NCBI GenBank assembly: GCA_964016885.1
Contig: OZ024745.1
Span: forward strand, 65,596,001 to 65,660,000
DNA from: Eledone cirrhosa
Taxonomy: Eukaryota
DNA: 64,000 nucleotides
Direction of reading: 5' to 3'
A model generated the notes under the pieces. It was not told the origin of the DNA. It was given only the letters and a program-made list of their open reading frames with translations, and searched no databases. Both the position numbers and the translations under genes were made by a program. This document shows positions 54,448 through 64,000 of this stretch, piece by piece; positions within the stretch are counted from its first letter, which is position 1, and each line of letters opens with the position of its first letter.

Positions 54448-57400
54448 TGAATTTTATGAATTTTAAGAATTTTAGGAATTTTGAGGAAATATTTTTGAAT
54501 TTTCGGAATTTTATGTATTTTTAGGAATTTTAGGAATTTTAGGAATTTTAGGAATTTTATAAATATTAGGAATTTTAGGAATATTAAGAATTTTAGGAAT
54601 TTTAGGAATTTTTTGGAATTTTCGGAATTTTAGGAATTTTTATGAATTTTAGGAATTTTATAAAGTTTATGAATGTTATGAATTTTATGAATTTTATAAA
54701 TTTTAGAAATGTTATGAAATTTAGGAATTTTAGGAATTTTTGGAATTTTTGGAATTTTAGGAATTTTATGAATTTTATGAATTTTGGAATTTTAGGAATT
54801 TTAGGAATTTTAGGAATTTTTTGAATTTTAGGAATTTTAAGAATTTTAGGAATTTTAGGAATTTTTTGAATTTTCGGAATTTAATGAATTTTTAGGAATT
54901 TTATGAATTTTTTGAATTTTAGGAATTTTAGGAATTTGAGGAATTTTAGGAATTTTAGGAATCTTAGGAATTTTATGAACTTTTTGAATTTTACGAATTT
55001 TATTAATTTTATGAATTTTATGAATTTTAGGAATTTTAATAATTTAAGGAATTTTATGAATTTTAGGATATTTATGGATTTTTGGAATTTTAGGAATGTT
55101 AGGAATTTTAGGAACTTTTGGAATTTTATGAATTTTTAGGAATTTTATGAATTTTAGTAATTTGATAAATTTTAAGAATTTTATAAATTTTAGGAATTTT
55201 AGAAATTTTATGAGTTCTAGGAATTTTTGGAATTTTAAGAATTTTATGAATTTTAAGAATTTTAGGAATTTTAATAATTTTAGGAATTTTATGAATTTTA
55301 TGAAATTTAAGAATTTTAGGAATTTTTTGAATTTTTTGAATTTTAGGAATTTTATGAATTTTAAGAATTTTAGGAATTTTGAGGAATTTTTTTGAATTTT
55401 CGGAATTTTATGTATTTTTAGGAATTTTAGGAATTTTATGAATTTAATGAATTTTCGGAATTTTCGGAATTTTAAGAATTTTAGGAATTTTAGGAATTTT
55501 GTGAATTTTGTGAATTTTCGGAATTTATAGGAATTTTAGGAATTTTAGGAATTTTATGAATGTTATGAATTTTATGAATTTTATGAATTTTAGGAATTTT
55601 AGGATATTTATGGATTTTTGGAATTTTAGGAATGTTAGGAATTTTAGGAATTTTTGGAATTTTATGAATTTTATGAATTTTAGGAATTTTAAGAATTTTA
55701 GGAATTTTAGGAATTTTATGAATTTTATGAATTTTAAGAATTTCAGGAATTTTAGGAATTTTAGGAATTTTATTAATTTCATGAACTTTTTGGAATTTGA
55801 GGAATTTTAGGAATTTTATGAATTTTAGGAATTTTACGAATTTTAGGAATTTTAGGAATTTTATGAATTTTATGAATTTTATAAAGTTTATGAATGTTAT
55901 GAATTTTAGGAATTTTAGGAATTTTAGTAATTTTAGGGATTTTAGGATTTTTATGAATTTTTGGAATTTTAGGAATGTTAGGAATTTTAGGAATTTTTGG
56001 AATTTTATGAATTTTATAAATTTTAGAAATGTTATGAAATTTAGGAATTTTAGGAATTTTGGGAATTTTAGGAATTTTATAAATATTAGGAATTTAGGAA
56101 TTTTAGGAATTTTAGGAATTTTAGGAATTTTAGGAATTTTAGGAATTTTAGGAATTTTTATGTATTTTAGGAATTTTAGGAATTTTATGAATTTTAGGAA
56201 TTTTAGGAATTTTAGGAATTTTAGGAATTTTAGGAATTTTTTGAATTTTAGGAATTTTAGGAATTTTAGGAATTTTAGGAATTTTTATGTATTTTAGGAA
56301 TTTTATAAATATTAGGAATTTTAGGAATATTAATACTTTTAGGAACTTTAGGAATTTTTTTGAATTTTCGTAATTTTAAGAATTTTTAGGAATTTTAGGA
56401 ATTTTATGAATTTTATGAATGTTATGAATTTTATGAATTTTAGGAATTTTAGGAATTTTAGGAATTTTAGGATATTTATGAATTTTTGGAATTTTAGGAA
56501 TGTTAGGAATTTTAGGAATTTTTGGAATTTTATGAATTTTATAAATTTTAGAAATGTTATGAAATTTAAAAATTTTAGGAATTTTTGGAATTTTGGGAAT
56601 TTTAGGAATTTTATGAATTTTATGAATTTTGGAATTTTAGGAATTTTAGGAATTTTAGGAATTTTTGGAATTTTATGAATTTTATGAATTTTAAGAATTT
56701 TAGGAATTTTGAGAAATTTTTTGGAATTTTAGTAATTTTAGGAATTTTAGGAATTTTTAGGAATTTTAGGAATTTTAGGAATTTTATGAATTTTATGAAT
56801 TTTAGGAATTTTAGGATTTTTATGAATTTTTGGAATTTTAGGAATTTTAGGAATTTTAGGAATTTTGGGAATTTTATGAATTTTATGAATTTTAAGAATT
56901 TTAGGAATTTTGAGAAATTTTTTGGAATTTTAGTAATTTTAGGAATTTTAGGAATTTTTAGGAATTTTAGGAATTTTATGAATTTTATGAATTTTATGAA
57001 TTTTATGAATTTTAGGAATTTTAGGATTTTTATGAATTTTTTGAATTTTAGGAATTTTAGGAATTTTAGGAATTTTGGGAATTTTATGAATTTTATGAAT
57101 TTTAGAAATGTTATGAATTTTAGGAATTTTAGGAATTTTAGGAATTTTAAGAATTTTAGGAATTTTAGGAATTTTTTTGAATTTTTGGAATTTTATGAAT
57201 TTTTAGGAATTTCTGAATTTTCTGAATTATATAAATTTTAGGAATTTTATGAATTTTATGAAATTCAAGAATTTTAGGAATTTTTTGAATTTTTTGAATT
57301 TTAGGAATTTTCGTAATTTTTCCGAATTTTCGTAATTTTATGAATTTTTAGGAATTTATGAATTTTAGGAATTTATATACTTTAGGAATTTTAGGAATTT

Positions 57401-60400
57401 TAGGAATTTAAGGAATTTTTTGAATTTTAGGAATTTTAGGAATTTTAGGAATTTCTATGAATTTTAGGAATTTTAGGAATTTGAGGAATTTTAGGAATTT
57501 TAGGAATTTTAGGAATTTTATGAATTTTATGAATTTTTGGAATTTTAGGAATTTTAGGAATTTTAGGAATTTTTCGGAATTTTCGGAATTTTATGAATTT
57601 TAGGAATTTTAGGAATTTTAGGAATTTTAGTAATTTTATGAATTTTAGGAATTTTATGAATTTTAGGAATTTTAGGAATTTTATGAATTTTAGGATTTTT
57701 ATGAATTTTTTGAATTTTAGGAATTTTAGGAATTTAGATATTTTAGGAATTTTAGGAATTTTAGGAATTTAAGGAATTTTTTGAATTTTAGGAATTTTAG
57801 GAATTTTAGGAATTTCTATGAATTTTAGGAATTTTAGGAATTTTAGGAATTTTAGGAATTTTAGGAATTTTAGGAATTTTAGGAATTTTATGAATTTTTG
57901 GAATTTTAGGAATTTTAGGAATTTTATGAATTTTTCGGAATTTTCGGAATTTTATGAATTTTATGAATTTTAGGACTTTTATGAATTTTTAGGAATTTTA
58001 TGAATTTTAGGAATTTTATGAATTTTAGGAATTTTATGAATTTTATGAATTTTAGGAATTTTATGAATTTTAGGATTTTTATGAATCTTTTGAATTTTAG
58101 GAATTTTTGGAATATTATGAATTTTAGGAACATTAGAAATGTTATGAATTTTATGAATTTTATGAATTTTAGGAATTTTTGGAATTTTATGAATTTTATA
58201 AATTTTAGAAATGTTATGAAATTTAGGAATTTTAGGAATTTTGGGAATTTTAGGAATTTTAGGAATTTTAGGAATTTTTATGTATTTTAGGAATTTTAAA
58301 AATTTTATGAATTTTATGAATTTTATGAATTTTAGGAATTTTAGGAATTTTAGGAATTTTTTGAATTTTAGGAATTTTAGGAATTTTAGGAATTTTTATG
58401 TATTTTAGGAATTTTAGGAATTTTATGAATTTTAGGAATTTTAGGAATTTTATGAATTTTAGGAATTTTATGAATTTTATGGATTTTTGGAATTTTAGGA
58501 ATCTTGAGGAATTTTTTTGAATTTTCGGAATTTTATGTATTTTTAGGAATTTTAGGAATTTTAGGAATTTTAGGAATTTTATAAATATTAGGAATTTTAG
58601 GAATATTAAGAATTTTAGGAATTTTAGGAATTTTTTGGAATTTTCGGAATTTTAAGAATTTTTAGGAATTTTAGGAATTTTATGAATTTTATGAATGTTA
58701 TGAATTTTATGAATTTTATGAATTTTATGAATTTTTAGGAATTTTTATGTATTTTAGGAACTTTAGGAATTTTTGGAATTTTATTAATTTTATAAATTTT
58801 AGAAATGTTATGAAATTTAGGAATTTTAGGAATTTTTTGAATTTTTGGAATTTTAGGAATTTTAGGAATTTTATGAATTTTGGAATTTTAGGAATTTTAG
58901 GAATTTTAGGAATTTTTTGAATTTTAGGAATTTTAGGAATTTTCGGAATTTTTATGTATTTTAGGAATTTTAGGAATTTTATGAATTTTATGAATTTTAG
59001 GAATTTTATGAATTATATGAATTTTTGGAATTTTAGAAATTTTGAGGAATTTTTTTGAATTTTCGGAATTTTATGTATTTTTAGGAATTTTAGGAATTTT
59101 AGGAATTTTAAGAATTTTAGGAATTTTAGGAATTTTTTGGAATTTTCGGAATTTTAGGAATTTTTAGGAATTTTAGGAATTTTAGGAATTTATGAATGTT
59201 ATGAATTTTAGTAATTTTAGGAATTTTATAAATTTTATGAATTTTATGAATTTTAGGAATTTTAGGAATTTTAGGAATTTAGGAATTTTAGGAAGTTTAG
59301 GAATTTTAGGAATTTAAGGAATTTAAGGAATTTTAGGAATTTTATAAATTTTATGAATTTTAGGAATTTTATGAATTTTATGAAATTTAAGAATCTTAGG
59401 AATTTTTTGAATTTTTTGAATTTTAGGAATTTTAGTAATTTTATGAATTTTTAGGAATTTTATGAATTTTATGAATTTTAAAATTTTACGAATTTTAGTA
59501 ATTTTAGGAATTTTATAAATTTTATGAATTTTAGGAATTTTATGAATTTTATGAATTTTAGGAATTCAGATATTTTAGGAATTTTAGGAATTTTAGGAAT
59601 TTAAGGAATTTTTTGAATTTTAGGAATTTTCGGAATTTTAGGAATATCTATGAATGTTAGGAATTTTAGGAATTTTAGGAATTTTATGAATTTTATGAAT
59701 TTTATGAATTTTATGAATTTTTGGAATTTTAGGAATTTTAGGAATTTTAGGAATTTTTCGGAATTTTCGGAATTTTATGAATTTTAGGAATTTTAGGAAT
59801 TTTAGGAATTTTTAGGAATTTTATGAATTTTAGTAATTTTATGAATTTTATGAATTTTAGGAATTTTATGAATTTTATGAATTTTATGAAATTTAGGATT
59901 TTTATGAATTTTATGAATTTTAGGAATTTTAGGAATTTTAGGAATTTTAGGAATTTTTTGGAATTTTCGGAATTTAAGGAATTTTTAGGAATTTTAGGAA
60001 TTTTAGGAATTTTATGAATGTTATGAAATTTATGAATTTTAGGAATTTTAGGATATTTATGGATTTTGGGAATTTTAGGAATGTTAGGAATTTTAAGAAT
60101 TTTTGGAATTTTATGAATTTTATGAATTTTAGAAATGTTATGAATTTTAAGAATTTTAGGAATTTCGGGAATTTGGGGAATTTTAGGAATTTTAGGAATT
60201 TTAGGAATTTTAAGAATTTTAGGAATTTTAGGAATTTTAGGAATTTTAGGAATTTTAAGAATTTTAGGAATTTTAGGAATTTTTTGAATTTTCGTAATTT
60301 AATGAATTTTTAGGAATTTTATGAGTTTTATCAATTTTAGGAATTTTAGGAATTTTAGGAATGTTAAGAATTTTATGAATTTTATGAATTTTAGGAATTT

Positions 60401-63400
60401 TAGGATTTTTATGAATTTTTGGAATTTTAGGAATTTTAGGAATTTTAGGAATTTTAGGAATTTTTTTTAATTTTTGGAATATTATGAATTTTTAGGAATT
60501 TTCTGAATTTTCTGAATTATATAAATTTTAGGAATTTTAGGAATTTTAAGAAATTCAAGAATTTTAGGAATTTTTTGAATTTTTTGTATTTTAGGAATTT
60601 TCGTAATTTTTCCGAATTTTCGTAATTTTATGAATTTTTGGGAATTTTAGGAATTTTATGAATTTTATGAATTTTAGAATTTTACGAATTTTAGTAATTT
60701 TATGAATTTTATTAATTTTATGAATTTTATGAATTTTATGGATTTTAGGAATTCAGATATTTTAGGAATTTTAGGAATTTTAGGAATTTAAGGAATTTTT
60801 TGAATTTTAGGAATTTTAGGAATTTTAGGAATTTCTATGCATTTTAGGAATTTTAGGAATTTTAGGAATTTTATGAATTTTATGAATTTTTGGAATTTTA
60901 GGAATTTAGGAATTTTAGGAATTTTTCGGAATTTTCGGAATTTTATGAATTTTAGGAATTTTAGGAATTTTAGGAATTTTAGGAATTTTAGGAATTTTAG
61001 GAATTTTAGGAATTTTAGGAATTTTTGGAATTTTAGGAATTTTAGGAATTTTAGGAATTTTTCGGAATTTTTGGAATTTTAGGAACATTAGAAATGTTAT
61101 GAATTTTAGGAATTTTAGGAATTTTAGGAATTTTAGGAATTTTAGGAATTTTAATAATTTTAGGAATTTTAGGAATTTAAGGAATTTTAGGAATTTTAAG
61201 AATTTTAGGAATTTTAGGAATTTTTTGAATTTTCGGAATTTTAGGAATTTTAGGAATTTTAGGAATTTAGGAATTTTATTAATTTTAGGAATTTTATTAA
61301 TTTTATGAATTTTAGGAATTTTAGGAATTTTAGGAATTTAGTTATTTTAGGAATTTTAGGAATTTTAGGAATTTAAGGAATTTTTTGAATTTTAGGAATT
61401 TTAGGAAATTTATGAATTTCTATGAATTTTCGGAATTTTAGGAATTTTAGGAATTTTAGGAATTTAGGAATTTTATTAATTTTAGGAATTTTATTAATTT
61501 TATGAATTTTATGAATTTTAGGAATTTTAGGAATTTAGTTATTTTAGGAATTTTAGGAATTTTAGGAATTTAAGGAATTTTTTGAATTTTAGGAATTTTA
61601 GGAAATTTATGAATTTCTATGAATTTTAGGAATTTTAGGAATTTTAGGAATTTTAGGAATTTTAGGAATTTTAGGAATTTTAGGAATTTTAGGAATTTTT
61701 GGAATTTTAGGAATTTTAGGAATTTTAGGAATTTTTAGGAATTTTCGGAATTTTAGGAACATTAGAAATGTTATGAATTTTAGGAATTTTAGGAATTTTA
61801 GGAATTTTAGGAATTTTAGGAATTTTAATAATTTTAGGAATTTTAGGAATTTTTGGAATTTTGGGAATTTTAGGAATTTTAGGAATTTTAGGAATTGTAG
61901 GAATTTTAGGAATTTTAGGAATTTTAGGAATTTTAGGATTTTAAGAATTTTAGGAATTTTAGGAATTTTAGGAATTTTAGGAATTTTAAGAATTTTAGGA
62001 ATTTTAGGAACTTTAGGAATTTTTATGTATTTTAGGAATTTTAGGAATTTTATGAATTTTAGGAATTTTAGGAATTTTAGGAATTTTAGGAATTTTAGGA
62101 ATTTTAGGAATTTTAGGAATTTTAGGATTTTAAGAATTTTAGGAATTTTAATAATTTTAGGAATTTTAGGAATTTTTGGAATTTTGGGAATTTTAGGAAT
62201 TTTAGGAATTTTAGGAATTTTAAGAATTTTAGGAATTTTAGGAATTTTTTGAATTTTCGGAATTTTAGGAATTTTAGGAATTTAGGAATTTTAGGAATTT
62301 TAGGAATTTTAGGAATTTTTTGAATTTTAGGAATTTTAGGAATTTTAGGAACTTTAGGAATTTTTATGTATTTTAGGAATTTTAGGAATTTTATGAATTT
62401 TAGGAATTTTAGGAATTTTAGGAATTTTAGGAATTTTAGGAATTTTAGGAATTTTAGGAATTTTAGGATTTTAAGAATTTTAGGAATTTTAGGAATTTTA
62501 GGAATTTTAGGAATTTTAAGAATTTTAGGAATTTTCTGAATTTTTTTGAATTTTTGGAATTTTCTGAATTTTTAGGAATTTTCTGAATTTTCTGAATTAT
62601 ATTAATTTTAGGAATTTTATGAATTTTAGGAATTTTAATAATTTTAGGAATTTTAGGAATTTTTGGAATTTTGGGAATTTTAGGAATTTTAGGAATTTTA
62701 GGAATTTTAAGAATTTTAGGAATTTTAGGAATTTTTTGAATTTTCGGAATTTTAGGAATTTTAGGAATTTTAGGAATTTAGGAATTTTAGGAATTTTAGG
62801 AATTTTAGGAATTTTTTGAATTTTAGGAATTTTAGGAATTTTAGGAACTTTAGGAATTTTAGGAATTTTAGGAATTTTAGGAATTTTAGGAATTTTAGGA
62901 ATTTTAGGAATTTTAGGAATTTTAGGATTTTAAGAATTTTAGGAATTTTAGGAATTTTAGGAATTTTAGGAATTTTAAGAATTTTAGGAATTTTAGGAAT
63001 TTTTTTGAATTTTTTGAATTTTCTGAATTTTTAGGAATTTTCTGAATTTTCTGAATTATATAAATTTTAGGAATTTTATGAATTTTAAGAAATTCAAGAA
63101 TTTTAGGAATTTTTTGAATTTTTTGAATTTTAGGAATTTTCGTAATTTTTTCGAATTTTCGTAATTTTATGAATTTTTAGGAATTTTATTAATTTTATGA
63201 ATTTTATGAATTTTATGAATTTTAGGAATTTAGTTATTTTAGGAATTTTAGGAATTTTAGGAATTTAATGAATTTTTTGAATTTTAGGAATTTTAGGAAA
63301 TTTATGAATTTCTATGAATTTTAGGAATTTTAGGAATTTTAGGAATTTTAGGATTTTAAGAATTTTAGGAATTTTAGGAATTTTAGGAATTTTAGGAATT

Positions 63401-64000
63401 TTAAGAATTTTAGGAATTTTAGGAACTTTAGGAATTTTTATGTATTTTAGGAATTTTAGGAATTTTATGAATTTTAGGAATTTTATGAATTTTAGGTATT
63501 TTAGGAATTTTAGGAATTTTAGGAATTTTAGGAATTTTAGGATTTTAAGAATTTTAGGAATTTTAGGAATTTTAGGAATTTTAGGAATTTTAAGAATTTT
63601 AGGAATTTTAGGAATTTTTTGAATTCTCGGAATTTAATGAATTTTTAGGAATTTTATGAATTTTAGGAATTTTAGGAATTTTAGGAATTTTAGGAAGTTT
63701 AGGAATTTTAGGAATCTTAGGAATATTATGAACTTTTTGAATTTTAGGAATTTTATTAATTTTATGAATTTTATGAATTTTAGGAATTTTAATAATTTAA
63801 GGAATTTTATGAATTTTATGAATTTTAGGATATTTATGGATTTTTGGAATTTTAGGAATGTTAGGAATTTTAGGAATTTTAGGAATTTTAAGAATTTTAG
63901 GAATTTTAGGAATTTTATGAATTTTATGAATTTTATGAATTTTAAGAATTTTAGGAATTTTAGGAATTTTTTGAATTTTCGGAATTTTAGGAATTTTTAG

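Larger units (their letters stand above)
34049..64000 (+). repeat. Satellite array B: 9-bp tandem repeat, consensus AGGAATTTT / ATGAATTTT, ~3,300 copies, open at the right window edge
   Basis: Directly visible: xxxAATTTT units in which the first three bases vary (AGG most common, then ATG, with AAG, TGG, TTG, CGG, ATA, AGT, CTG and CGT rarer), plus occasional 8- and 10-bp units. C is nearly absent on the + strand. Copy number is length divided by 9. Confidence 0.99.
36915..64000 (+). repeat. ~17.5-kb period higher-order duplication in array B (~36915-46484 repeated at ~54440-64000, continuing past the window edge)
   Basis: ORF translations match at offset 17525 (37117/54642, 37378/54903, 37622/55147, 38272/55797) and then at 17516 (40484/58000, 42498/60014, 44257/61773, 46140/63656). 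The rare marker GAGGAAATATTTTT occurs at 36958 and 54483. Confidence 0.93.

Noticed and set aside
34020-64000. ORFs encoding (NFR/NFM)n or (GIL)n, and on the minus strand (KFL)n or (KIP)n, including the 284-aa ORF at 47285-48139
   Set aside because: A 9-bp unit gives a tripeptide repeat with stop-free frames by construction. The frames shift at homopolymer indels with no sign of frame preservation. The (GIL)n frame resembles collagen G-X-Y only superficially.
1-64000. AATAAA on the minus strand of each 20-mer, T-runs resembling terminators, and AGGA resembling a Shine-Dalgarno site before ATG in the 9-mer
   Set aside because: These are short motifs inherent to the repeat units, with no associated transcription unit or stable hairpin.
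1-64000. Isolated 1-bp indels in T and G homopolymers as biological variants
   Set aside because: Singletons cannot be distinguished from sequencing or consensus error without reads. Only indels reproduced across duplicate copies were used as markers.
1-64000. Assignment to a named satellite family, taxon or functional centromere
   Set aside because: I do not recognise either consensus with confidence. This needs a Dfam/Repbase/BLAST search and CENH3/CENP-A data.

Overview
The window is entirely non-coding tandem-repeat (satellite) DNA, with no credible gene, RNA gene, mobile element or CRISPR array. Bases 1 to ~34047 are an array of a 20-bp unit, consensus GATCCATTTTTTATTTGGG(G/T), about 1,700 copies. 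Bases ~34049 to 64000 are an array of a 9-bp unit, consensus A(G/T)GAATTTT, about 3,300 copies. The arrays meet with no spacer at ...TTTGGGTGAA|TAGGAATTTT, and both have their G/T-rich strand on +. Each array is a mosaic of recurring variant cassettes and nested near-identical duplications: periods of ~0.66, 3.0, 3.6, 5.6-5.9 and 8.9-9.1 kb (possibly also 10.1 kb) in the 20-mer array, and ~0.2, 0.36, 3.3 and 17.5 kb in the 9-mer array. I derived these offsets by matching rare variant units by eye and from identical translations in the ORF track, so breakpoints are approximate. All listed ORFs are translation artefacts of the repeats. Arrays of this size suggest eukaryotic heterochromatin (centromeric, pericentromeric or subtelomeric), but that is inference and I cannot name the organism or satellite family. 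I found no new protein-coding system. The most interesting features are the sharp junction, the layered duplication history, and the parallel design of the two units.
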